A DNA stretch of 64,000 bases, from assembly GCA_021513695.1 (NCBI GenBank), contig CP084166.1:2752001-2816000 (forward strand), in the 5' to 3' direction. Position numbers and translations under genes: made by a program. The first letter of the stretch is position 1; every line of letters starts with the position of its first letter. A model generated the notes under the pieces. That model did no database searches. It was not told where the DNA came from and worked only from the letters and a program-made list of their open reading frames with translations. This document shows positions 39,961 through 49,383 of the stretch, in pieces. The DNA comes from Candidatus Heimdallarchaeum aukensis. Lineage in GTDB: Archaea; Asgardarchaeota; Heimdallarchaeia; Heimdallarchaeales; Heimdallarchaeaceae.

Positions 39961-41381
39961 AGGTCTAATCATTAGCAGATGAATTTAAATCTTACCTCTT
40001 TTTTTGAGTATAAATTACTCGCTTTTTTTTCCTGTTATCTCAAATGTTTTGATTTCACTATCATTTTCAGGAAGTTTAAGCAGTTCTAAAAGTGATAAGA
40101 TCATCTTGCCAAATAATTTTTCCATAAATTCATTTAAAGGAATCTCTTTTCCATTAATCTTTACTTCTATTTCATCTAACATGAAAAAAAAAACACTGTT
40201 GAGTTTATTAATTTTATCTTAATCTCAAATGAATAATTATAACTTTTTTAGTTAAAGAATTCACTTAACCAAGAGTTCACTATACTTTTTTGCTAAATTA
40301 AATGAAAAAAATTTAAAGAAAAGAAGCAATAAAATTATATTTAAATATTATGAGCGTAGGTAAGAATATAGGTGTAAATTTTCATGGAAGTAGGTGCGTT
40401 AATTTTTATGCTACTAATTGCACTGGCAGTGTACATAACCATAAGGGTTTCCTCAGCGAATAAGAAGAAGAGAAAACAAATTTATCGTAAACGATATCAA
40501 CCTTATCAACCTTACAGACCTTATCAGCCATCACACCTAGATTCTTCTCAAAGAACAAGTTATCAGAGTGAAGAAACCACCCCAACAACAAGAACTTCTT
40601 CTATTTATCAACCTCAAACTCAACCCTCTTATACTCCACAAAGAACTCCAATAGCAACAAATAATGCCGATGATTATTATCGTGCAGGAATGTACGATAG
40701 AGCAAAAGAAGAATATCTTAAAACAGGGAGGATATTTGGTGCAGCTAAATCTGTAGCTTCTAAAGGAAAAGAATATGTAAAAGAAGCTTTGGAAATAATT
40801 AGACAATATGCTCCAGAAAGGAAGAAGAAATGGTAAGAAATCTTTCAAGATACTTTTTTGATAGTGGAGATGTAGAATTATCAGCTCAAGTATTATATGA
40901 TTATAATCTTATTGAAGAAGCTAAAGCAGTATTAGCTACCATAGGAAAGAGTATAGAAGATATAGTTGAACCTAAATCTGTTGAGATTAGCACATTCAGT
41001 AGCACTGAACCCTTTCTATCTAGTACTGAAAGTGAAACAGAACCTATCATTTCCAGTTTTGCTAGCGATACTGAACCAATAAATGATGCAAGAGAAGAGC
41101 TGAAAGTATTGGCAAGTGAAGAAGAAGCAGAACCCATTGAGCCTTTTACAAGTCAAGTTGAAAAACAGAAAAAAATAGAACCACAACAACTAAAGATAGC
41201 TACAGTAGATTTAGATGAAAGATGTACAGTTTGTTTAGGAGAAGTAAAAGCAGGAGAAAGTTTTGTTAGATGTCCCCATTGTGGAAAACCTTCTCATTAT
41301 TCTCATTTAGTAGAATGGCTAAAAGTAAAAACCCAATGTCCTAACTGTAGAAACAAATTATCATTAAATATGTTTAAAACA
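39241..41381. repeat. Tandem direct duplication, copy 2 (2141 bp, two 1-nt deletions)
   Basis: Identical to copy 1 except loss of one A near 39823 and one A near 40823. Confidence 0.9.
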
Positions 41382-41384
41382 TAA
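40384..41384 (+). pseudogene. RING/PHD-like membrane protein gene (copy 2) disrupted by a -1 frameshift
   Basis: CCAGAAAGGAAGAAG in copy 2 vs CCAGAAAGAGAAGAAG in copy 1; ORF split into 40384..40836 and 40830..41384; keeps native C-terminus ...NMFKT*. Confidence 0.6.
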
Positions 41385-41391
41385 TAAAATT

Positions 41392-41880
41392 CTATTTTTT
41401 TTCCACACCCTCATTTTGATATATACCACTATATCCTTTTGCCACTTTATCTTTTATTTCGAAAAAGACTAGTTGAGCAATTCTCGCATTTTGATGGATG
41501 TTTATTGTTCTAGAAGTATAGAGAAGGCCTATTCCTCTTCCTTTGTATCCTGGATCCCATAAAGCAGAAAAAATAGTTGCTCCGATTCTCATCAATGAAG
41601 AACGAGGAAGAAGAATTGCCGCCATATCTAATGGCACACTGACTATTTCATTATATTGGACTACATATCCACCAGGTTGAAGAACCCAGCGGTTATTACT
41701 TTTTGGTAGTTCAACATAATCAGGAATAAATCTTTGTGAATTATCGAAGTCTAGTTCTCCACCATCATCAAGAATAAAGATGTTCCGTACAGTAAGATCG
41801 ATGCCTGCACTTTGAACTTGCTTTTTTATATTCACTGCGGAACTAACATTGTTTATAATAGAAGAAGGAGGAATAATCAT
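41392..41880 (-). CDS. dCTP deaminase/dUTPase family protein
   Basis: Motifs RSSLMRIG, WDPGYKGR, ARIAQLVF typical of the Dcd/Dut beta-barrel family. Confidence 0.75.
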   Translation of the reverse strand: MIIPPSSIINNVSSAVNIKKQVQSAGIDLTVRNIFILDDGGELDFDNSQRFIPDYVELPKSNNRWVLQPGGYVVQYNEIVSVPLDMAAILLPRSSLMRIGATIFSALWDPGYKGRGIGLLYTSRTINIHQNARIAQLVFFEIKDKVAKGYSGIYQNEGVEKK

Positions 41881-41953
41881 TTAATCTCACATTTTTCTTA
41901 TAGTTGCTAAGCTTCAAATTAGTTAATTATTGATCTTTTTTCTAAAGCCTATA

Positions 41954-42271
41954 TTAGTTGAAATAGGAACTGAGTTTCTCTTCTTTTTGGCAAACGTTGC
42001 AGTCTTCTTCTTGATAACTTAATATGTCTCTTGCAATTTTTGCGTTGTGTCTATCCTTCTGAATGCTATAGCAAAGTTTTGAAGGAGAACATGTTCCTTT
42101 TGTAAAGTAGGTCTTCTTATTTGCATTATAGAAAAGTTTTCCTCCTTTTAATGGACAGTTACAAACTTCGATATATACAGGAGAGTTATCATAATTAATG
42201 TTAGTTATCTTAGCAAGTGCTTTTTCTAACCTATTATCCAGATAATGATCTTGAACCTTTTGATAAGTCAT
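41954..42271 (-). CDS. Small Cys-rich hypothetical protein
   Basis: 105 aa, CNCPLKGGK...TCSPSKLC...CNVCQ possible zinc-ribbon-like ligands. Confidence 0.3.
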   Translation of the reverse strand: MTYQKVQDHYLDNRLEKALAKITNINYDNSPVYIEVCNCPLKGGKLFYNANKKTYFTKGTCSPSKLCYSIQKDRHNAKIARDILSYQEEDCNVCQKEEKLSSYFN

Positions 42272-42329
42272 TGTAATTAAATTACAATGTTAAGTATAAA
42301 GATGTGTAATACTTAAGAATTATAGTTAA

Positions 42330-43880
42330 CTAAGTTAGGATATTTTCTCAATAACATGGTCTACTTTTTCCTAAATTCCGATTTAGATTAAAAATCGGAA
42401 GAAGTAGTAAGTTTAGTCGGTGGAAAAAAAGAAAGAGAAAGAACAGCGTAAAAGCTGGTCTAACTAACTTAACTTGCTAACTTATTTTCCAACGGACGGG
42501 GTGAACCACTGCAGCCCAGACTATCCCGTAGTTAGACATAACAGAGAATAACGTGGGGAATACTTTGCGACCGATATTACCTGCAGAGTTGATATCAGCA
42601 TTAATTTTTAATCCTCTGGTACTGATGAACAGTCCACGGTGAGTTCTTTTGCCAGCATAATGGGGGTGAAAAGCTATCTCTTCATTATCTAAGAAACTGC
42701 AGACAGAGGTGTAGGACTCTTCGGTAGGAATAACTTTTATCCCTTTTTCTTCTGCTTTGTAAGTGATTTTGTCAATGAGGGATTTAAAGGGGATAAAAAC
42801 AAAGGTTTGATTATTTTTCTTTCCCATATTCACTTTCTGTTTCCATCTGGGGTTGTAACCTATAACTATCGTATCAATGTTTTTTTCTAAACAGTAGTCT
42901 ATTATCTTCCTACTTGCTTTATGGAAATAGTCAGCTATTTTACACATTCGTTCTAACTGGAGAGTAAGCATTTTTCTTCCCCAGGTGGTTAATCCTTGCT
43001 TGTCATAGATTGACTGTAATTTTGCCCTACGTTTATTAAACCACTGATTAACAGCTTTAATGGGTCTACCATTTATCAGAAAACCTTTTTCACCAGGAAT
43101 AGTGGTTAACCCGCCTACAAGGTTATTCACTCCCAGATCAAGAGCTAGAACTCTTTCTGCATGTCGTTTTTTTCGTTCTTCTATCTCTTTCTCGTAAACT
43201 ATCTCTAATTTAAATTTCGTTCCCATAGGTATAAGACGGGCAAACTTCACTTTCGTTGAAGGACACAGTCTTGTAACTATCTTTAGTCCTACACGTTTAG
43301 GGAAAGAGATAAAAAATTTTTCTTTTTCTTGCTCTTTTTCTTCTTTAATTTTCACTTGAGAGTTAGTAAAATAGATTATAGCAAGTCCATCTTTCTTCTT
43401 CTATTTTGGAGGACGGGGTTTACCATTAAACTTTTCTGGTTCTTTTTTGCATTCTTCTAAAGACCTAAAATACCCTTTCCACGCTAAACATAGAAACTTT
43501 ATCGTCTGTTGTGCCGTATGACCAGGTAGTGCTGTGTAGGTCGGGTGATACCTTAAAATATTCATCAGTTCGAACTCTCTCGTGAAATATTTACTTTTTC
43601 TTAACTGATACTTAATAATGTAATTTGCTTGATTATACAAGTTTTTTACCTGGTGTGCCAACTGCTTTAGAGTGATCGATTCTTTCACCCATATTTCCTC
43701 AGTTCGGTACACCTTTTTCCTCATTTTTTCTTTCATTTATTTTTACTTTTTTCCCTATTTAAACTCCTCATCTTCCCTCCTCTCCTCTCTTCTCCTCTCC
43801 TTTATTCTTCTTTTTTCCCCCTCTTCTACAACTTCGTAATTTCGGAAAAAGTAAACCATCAGAACTTCTTTTACGCATTT
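42330..43880 (-). mobile_element. IS200/IS605-like element remnant (tnpB only, no tnpA); boundaries approximate
   Basis: Solo tnpB; GC-rich 3' end region (42480-42560) where omega-RNA scaffolds normally lie; CT-rich tract 43751-43835 at the 5' side. Confidence 0.35.
42477..43736 (-). pseudogene. tnpB: IS200/IS605-family tnpB (OrfB, RuvC-like RNA-guided nuclease) interrupted by one in-frame TAG
   Basis: Track ORFs 43401..43736 and 42477..43355 are in the same frame, separated only by TAG at 43401-43403. Downstream part has LALDLGVNNLV (RuvC-I), zinc-finger Cys and INADINSAGNIGRK motifs. Confidence 0.7.
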
Positions 43881-44015
43881 TTTAGTAATTGTTGAACTTA
43901 AGAGTTTCAAGAACTTTTGTAAAGAGAAATAATTTTGAACATTTATTGTAAAAATACTTTAAATAGTGAATTGACTTCTGTTGTACAGAGAGAATTATAT
44001 AAAGAAGTGAAGAAA

Positions 44016-45113
44016 ATGCCTGAAAAAAAGCAAACAAAGGAAACAAAAAGTGCAAAAACAAAGAAGACATTAACTAAGGAAGACTTGAAAGAACCTCAAG
44101 ATGATAATTGGATAGACGAAATTGTAAGTAAAAAAGAAAAAACTGTTGTTAAAGAAAAAATCAGTGACGCTCCAATAAGATCAATTCCTGGAATTGGTCC
44201 TGCTGTTGCAGAAAAATTGATGTCTGCTGGATATTTAACCCTTACTTCTGTAGCTCATGCTTCTCCTATGGAATTAGTAGAATTTTGCGAAATTGGAGAA
44301 CAAACTGCGAATAAAATTATTTCAGCTGCTAGAGCTCAAGTGGGTATTGGCTTTAAAAAGGCTAGTGAAATCCTAAATCTTCGAGAAAAAGTTTCAAAAA
44401 TCTCAACTGGTAGTAAAGCACTTGATTCTCTATTGATGGGGGGGATAGAAACTAAATCAATTACTGAATTGTCTGGAGAATTTAGAACAGGAAAAAGTCA
44501 AATATGCTTTCAACTTTGTGTAAATACTGCTTTAGATAAAAAGCATGGAGGACTGGAAGCAGGTGTTATTTTCATTGATACTGAAGGAACTTTTAGACCT
44601 GAAAGGATTGTTGATATGTGCGCAAGGTTTGGAAAAGATGTAGATACAGAAGAAGTGCTAAACAGGATTAATGTAGGTAGAGCTTATAATTCTGATCACC
44701 AAATGCTTCTTGTTCTTGAAAGTCCTAAAATTATAACAGAAAACAATGTAAAACTTATTGTAATTGATTCTCTTACCAGCCACTTTAGAGCCGAATATAC
44801 AGGAAAAGGAACTATATTAGAAAGACAACAGAAGTTGAATAAGTTTTTGCATCAACTTCTACGTTTAGCTGATGTATATGATCTGGCTATTGTTGTAACA
44901 AACCAAGTACAAACAAAACCTGATATTTTAATAGGTGAATCAACTACTCCCATCGGAGGAAATATTGTCGCACATTCATGTACGACCAGAATATTTCTTA
45001 GAAAGGGTAAAGGCGATAAGAGAATCGCAAGAGTAATTGATAGTCCAAGTATTCCAGAAACAGAAGCAATTTTCAGAATAACAAAATTAGGAATAGAAGA
45101 TGTAGGAGAGTAG
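44016..45113 (+). CDS. radA: DNA repair and recombination protein RadA
   Basis: HhH region IRSIPGIGPAVAEKLMSAGY, Walker A GEFRTGKSQ, Walker B LIVIDS; Lys-rich N-terminal tail; ATG 44016 preferred over track start 43935. Confidence 0.85.
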   Translation: MPEKKQTKETKSAKTKKTLTKEDLKEPQDDNWIDEIVSKKEKTVVKEKISDAPIRSIPGIGPAVAEKLMSAGYLTLTSVAHASPMELVEFCEIGEQTANKIISAARAQVGIGFKKASEILNLREKVSKISTGSKALDSLLMGGIETKSITELSGEFRTGKSQICFQLCVNTALDKKHGGLEAGVIFIDTEGTFRPERIVDMCARFGKDVDTEEVLNRINVGRAYNSDHQMLLVLESPKIITENNVKLIVIDSLTSHFRAEYTGKGTILERQQKLNKFLHQLLRLADVYDLAIVVTNQVQTKPDILIGESTTPIGGNIVAHSCTTRIFLRKGKGDKRIARVIDSPSIPETEAIFRITKLGIEDVGE

Positions 45114-45243
45114 TAAAAGGGGTTTTTTGTTTACAAATCCAACTCTCTTTTTTCATTGCGACTTACAAAATCTTTAAGTATTAAAATTATAATTATTAGA
45201 CTGATATAGATTAAAATATCAATTCAAACCATGGTGAATATTT

Positions 45244-46029
45244 ATGGCAGAAGAAAATGAAGGAACATCTGTAGGAGAAGCTATAAAGATTACAGAATTA
45301 GAAAATGAAAAGAAAAAACTGGAAGAAAAAGTCCAAGCTTTGACTGAGGAGGTTAATAAGTTAAAAGAAGAGAATTCGTCTTTAGTCGAGAAAAATAATG
45401 AACTAACAGAAAAACTGAGTAGTTTAGAACAAACCTCTGGAACAGCTGAACAACAAGAACAAGAAGTGAATGAATTAAAGGAAAAGCTTTCTTCTACTCA
45501 ACAAGAAAAAGAAAATTTAAGCCAAGAGTTACAAAAACTAAAAGATGAGATGTTGCGAAAAGATGAAGAATTGAATGAAAAAAATAGAGAACTAAATAGC
45601 ATGAAAGAACAACTAGAAGAAAAGCAAAAAATGATTGATCAACTAAAAGAAGAAGTTTCTACAATTGAAAGAAGTAAATCTGAATTAGAATCACAATTGA
45701 AATCAATTAATGACGAAAAAATGGAAATAGAAGCTAAATACAACGAGCTGCTAAAAGAAACTTCTAAACTAGATGAACTAAAGACGTCGCTTCAAGATAA
45801 AGAAGAGGCATTAAGAAGATTTCAAATAATTGCAGAAACTGATCCATCTTATGCTTGGTTAACTACATTAGAGCAGTACAAAGTTATAGAACTAAAAAGA
45901 CTAGCAATGTCTGCTGGTGCTTCAACTCATGCCATACTTCAATATGTTAAAAAATTAGAAGCTGCAGGACTCGTTGAACTAGAATTTCATGGTAGAGAAG
46001 ACAGCAATCCTGTTGTAAAGTTGAAATAA
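45244..46029 (+). CDS. Coiled-coil protein with C-terminal winged-helix-like domain
   Basis: About 190 aa of heptad-rich E/K/L sequence followed by ...LKRLAMSAGASTHAILQYVKKLEAAGLVELEF. Confidence 0.4.
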   Translation: MAEENEGTSVGEAIKITELENEKKKLEEKVQALTEEVNKLKEENSSLVEKNNELTEKLSSLEQTSGTAEQQEQEVNELKEKLSSTQQEKENLSQELQKLKDEMLRKDEELNEKNRELNSMKEQLEEKQKMIDQLKEEVSTIERSKSELESQLKSINDEKMEIEAKYNELLKETSKLDELKTSLQDKEEALRRFQIIAETDPSYAWLTTLEQYKVIELKRLAMSAGASTHAILQYVKKLEAAGLVELEFHGREDSNPVVKLK

Positions 46030-46089
46030 ATTTAATTTGCTTTTCTTTATTTTCTTTATTTTTATCTTTCTGATTTTAATGCGTTTTTG

Positions 46090-46791
46090 TTACTTGAAAA
46101 GTGACTTAAAATATAACCAAATAATCCTTTTATTTATTTTTGAAGAACCATAATCTCTATGTCCAAAATCATATTCTACTTCTTGAATTCTTATTTTCTT
46201 TGGGAATGCTTTTAGAAAATCAAATAATACTTTATACCCTTCAAGAGTAAACTTTTGTTCTTTTTTTTGGATTAAATCTTTCCATATTTCAGTTTTCGAA
46301 GCAAAGAAACCAGACATTATATCTTGACATTTATTCTTGTTTCTTAGACTTAAAACTATTTTACCAAGTATAGTTGCAGAATAAGAAATTAATTTTCTAT
46401 GAAAAGACCATTTCTCTTTTACTTTTCTTCTTTTTCCTACTACTAAATCAAACCCTTTATTCAGCTCCTCGTAAAATTCAGGAAGTTTTTTAGGTGGATG
46501 TTGAAGATCAGCATCCATTACTAAAAAGTAAGGGGTCTCTGTTTGTAAAATAGCATCTAAAACACTGGCTGTTAAACCATGTACTGGTTTTTTACTTCTA
46601 TCAAGAAATTTAACATTTAAATTTCCTTCAAATGAAATGACATTTTGCTTGGTATTATCAAAGGAACCATCATCTGTAACAATTACTTTAGCTTCTGGAA
46701 CATATTTTTCTAGTTCTTCTAGTAATATCTGTATTGCTTTCTCTTCGTTAAGAGTAGGAACAATAACTGTTAAATTGGAGAAAGAATTCAT
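46090..46791 (-). CDS. GT2 glycosyltransferase, dolichyl-phosphate mannose/glucose synthase-like
   Basis: VIVPTLNEE...VIVTDDGSFDNT ... FLVMDADLQHPP (DxD and QxxRW-region-like motifs of Dpm1-type GT2). Confidence 0.7.
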   Translation of the reverse strand: MNSFSNLTVIVPTLNEEKAIQILLEELEKYVPEAKVIVTDDGSFDNTKQNVISFEGNLNVKFLDRSKKPVHGLTASVLDAILQTETPYFLVMDADLQHPPKKLPEFYEELNKGFDLVVGKRRKVKEKWSFHRKLISYSATILGKIVLSLRNKNKCQDIMSGFFASKTEIWKDLIQKKEQKFTLEGYKVLFDFLKAFPKKIRIQEVEYDFGHRDYGSSKINKRIIWLYFKSLFK

Positions 46792-46955
46792 TAGAGTAAC
46801 CTTTCGTGTTCGCTATAAAAACATTAAGATAAAAATTCGTTTTTTTAAAAAAAACTTTTTAGTTAAAGTTCTTTAAAGTATAGAATAAAATGTATTTCCA
46901 TTATCAGTAAATATTTAAGGGATTTAAAATAAATTAATTTGTAGAGGATAGAAAA

Positions 46956-47642
46956 ATGAGTATTTATATAGTTGAAAAAACAGGGGAACTTTCTACATGT
47001 CATGATAAAGATCGTGCATTAAAATCAGAAAATGTATTAATTGTTGTTTCACACATGGATAAAAAAGTTTACACATGGGTGGGGTCAAGAGCTTCTCCCC
47101 AATCAAAATTCGCTTGTGCAAGAGAAACAGCACGAATGAGGATGGAATTGGGTTATCGTGCAGTGAATCTAGAAGAAGCTGATACAACAGAATCATTCTT
47201 GAGAGCTATAGATGAAGTTCTTAATGGAAGTGATAGTTCAGGAACAAGTTTTAGACCAAGGCCTGCTGCTTATTCTTCTCAAATAAAAGAAAAGAAAAAA
47301 GAGAAAATTCGAGAAAAGCAGAAAGAAGTTATTAAGAAAGAAGAACCTAAAGATATAAAAGCTGCTGTTACACCCTCTGTAAAACTCGATGCTTCTTCTC
47401 CTAAAGTTCTTGATATCAATTACGTAGTAAAGCAAACTTCAACTCTTCCACCTATCAATGGGATGATTAGAGATTATATAATAATAGGCGATAAACTATA
47501 TATTGCTCCTGATGAAGATACTTCTGAGGTAGCAATGATGGATTCTCTTCCAGATGGGGGATTTGTGGCAGAGGATTATTTACCAAGATTATATATAGAA
47601 AATGGACGAGTAATAGCTGTAGAACTATGGAGAGAGCAGTAA
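46956..47642 (+). CDS. Gelsolin/cofilin-fold (gelsolin-like) domain protein with C-terminal extension
   Basis: SIYIVEKTGELST...VLIVVSHMDKKVYTWVGSRASPQSKFACARETARMRMELGYRAVNLEEADTTESFL parallels the gelsolin repeat motif (..vw.ie...l.pv........lf.gd.yi.l........iy.WiG..ss.de...aa..a..ld..lg.......E.qg.Es..Fl). Confidence 0.5.
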   Translation: MSIYIVEKTGELSTCHDKDRALKSENVLIVVSHMDKKVYTWVGSRASPQSKFACARETARMRMELGYRAVNLEEADTTESFLRAIDEVLNGSDSSGTSFRPRPAAYSSQIKEKKKEKIREKQKEVIKKEEPKDIKAAVTPSVKLDASSPKVLDINYVVKQTSTLPPINGMIRDYIIIGDKLYIAPDEDTSEVAMMDSLPDGGFVAEDYLPRLYIENGRVIAVELWREQ

Positions 47643-47755
47643 ATTCTTTATTATTCAAACTTTTTCTAGAATTTTTGTTAAAAAATAATTAAGAATCAGT
47701 TTTTTTAAAGTAAGAAATATTAAAGAACTTGATCTATTAATATTAATTTGACATT

Positions 47756-48298
47756 TTACTTATTTTCTCCAAGTTTCTTCATTACTAACTTGACTATTGT
47801 GACATAAACATCATTTACTCCTGCTCCTAATTTAGCAGAAGTCTCAAGAACTTGGTAACCTTTACTTTCCCATTCTTTTTTTGCTTGTTCATAAGGTACA
47901 GCTCTTTGTTCTTCTAGATCTGTTTTATTTCCAACAATGATGATTGGTATGTCAGGTACTTTATTTTCTATCTCTGATATCCAATAAGAAATATTTTCAT
48001 ATGATTCTTTTCTAGTAATGTCATAAACCACCACAGCACCATGAGCTCCAGTGTAATACCTTTTCCTTAAGGAAGCTAGACGTTCTTGTCCCACTGTATC
48101 AAATAATACCATTTTTATTTTTGTATCCTCATCAATGTCAACTTCCTTGCTGTAGAAATCCACTCCTAATGTAGGAAGATAATTAACCGAAAATTTGTTC
48201 TTTGTATATCTCACCGCAATACTTGTTTTTCCGACACTATAGTCACCAACATTAATTATCTTAACAATAAAGGTGACATTTTTGTTTGAACCTAACAT
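47756..48298 (-). CDS. Rab/Ras-like small GTPase
   Basis: G1 GDYSVGKTS, G3 FDTVGQE, G4 GNKTDL, G5 ETSAKLG; no CAAX. Confidence 0.8.
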   Translation of the reverse strand: MLGSNKNVTFIVKIINVGDYSVGKTSIAVRYTKNKFSVNYLPTLGVDFYSKEVDIDEDTKIKMVLFDTVGQERLASLRKRYYTGAHGAVVVYDITRKESYENISYWISEIENKVPDIPIIIVGNKTDLEEQRAVPYEQAKKEWESKGYQVLETSAKLGAGVNDVYVTIVKLVMKKLGENK

Positions 48299-48320
48299 TT
48301 ACAGTACAACTCTATAATTA

Positions 48321-48400
48321 TTTTATACTTTATAGTTATTTTATATACTTTATAGTTATTTTATATACTTTATAGTTATTTTATATATTTATGTTTTATA
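48321..48400. repeat. 20-bp tandem repeat x3 plus one degenerate copy (unit TTATATACTTTATAGTTATT) in a divergent promoter region
   Basis: Directly visible at 48321-48340, 48341-48360, 48361-48380 and degenerate at 48381-48400. Confidence 0.75.
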
Positions 48401-48482
48401 TTTTTTGTATCTGACAACTTGAGAAATCTTCCGAATAAGTTATAAGTGATAAACTCTAATAACGATTAGTCAGTATACTGAT

Positions 48483-49373
48483 TTGTTATGTGAGGATAAA
48501 AGCATGTCTTCAAAAGTAATAGAATCAATAGCTTATAGCTATGTAGGAAGATTAATTGAACCCTATCTAACAGAATTTGAAGGTTTAAGGACCACACTAA
48601 AAAAAGCCGGAATAGAGCAAAGTGTTAGGATGTATTTAAGCATTAGACTATTCTGGTCCATAGTTTTATCAATAGTTTCACTTTTTGTTCTAATTGCAGT
48701 AAAAATACTAGTACCAAGTTTTTCAGTCATACTGGTTGTCATATTACCTGTGCTAATTTTGTTGACAATGTTTGTAATAACATGGGTATACCCAAGTTAT
48801 CTGATAGGTGAAAGAAAAAGAAAACTAGAAGCAGCTTTACCCACTGCAGCAAGCTATATGACTGCCATGGCTTCTGCAGGAGTTACACCAGATAAAATTT
48901 TCCTTGCTTTATCTAAAGAAGAAAGCATTGGTGAAGCTATTGTTAAAGATGCTAAAAAAATCTCTCGTGATATTCAAGTTTTTGGTTATGATATTGTTCA
49001 TGCTTTAAGCGAAGCATCATCACGTTCTCCTTCTCCTAAGTATTCAAGTTATTTAGAGGGGATTGTTGCGACTTTTACCTCTGGAGGAGAACTTCAGCGA
49101 TTTTTAGAAGTTTCTACTGAAAACTTGATGAGAGATAAAGTTCAAACTGAAAAGAATTTTATTGAAGCGTTAGGTTTAACTGCAGAGTTGTACATGGTTG
49201 TAGGAGTTGTAACTCCTATTTTCTTTATCGTTATAATTGCAATGATGGCCATGTTGGGTGGTAGTGCAAATACTGGGGCTAATGCTCTTCTAGCAATTAC
49301 AGTTTACATAGTCATACCTGTTGGAATGCTGGTAATTATTCTTTTAGTGGACATGCAACAACCGGAGGATTAA
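48483..49373 (+). CDS. TadB/TadC (FlaJ/GspF-like, T2SSF domain) pilus assembly membrane protein 1
   Basis: Single T2SSF-like domain ...LPTAASYMTAMASAGVTPDKIFLALSKEES... flanked by TM helices. Confidence 0.55.
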   Translation: MLCEDKSMSSKVIESIAYSYVGRLIEPYLTEFEGLRTTLKKAGIEQSVRMYLSIRLFWSIVLSIVSLFVLIAVKILVPSFSVILVVILPVLILLTMFVITWVYPSYLIGERKRKLEAALPTAASYMTAMASAGVTPDKIFLALSKEESIGEAIVKDAKKISRDIQVFGYDIVHALSEASSRSPSPKYSSYLEGIVATFTSGGELQRFLEVSTENLMRDKVQTEKNFIEALGLTAELYMVVGVVTPIFFIVIIAMMAMLGGSANTGANALLAITVYIVIPVGMLVIILLVDMQQPED

Positions 49374-49383
49374 GGTGAGTTAA

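Noticed and set aside
42477-42560. GC-rich segment examined as a possible tRNA
   Set aside because: Lies inside the tnpB coding frame (encodes ...NYGIVWAAVVHPVRWKIS); no T-loop GTTCRANYC or cloverleaf pairing found. More consistent with the TnpB 3' end / omega-RNA region
43882-44070. 62-aa minus-strand ORF overlapping the radA 5' region
   Set aside because: Overlaps radA start and promoter; Phe/Leu-rich spurious translation
48321-48400. Possibility that the 20-bp tandem repeats are a CRISPR array
   Set aside because: Repeats are directly adjacent with no spacers, AT-only, and sit in a promoter; no cas genes in the window
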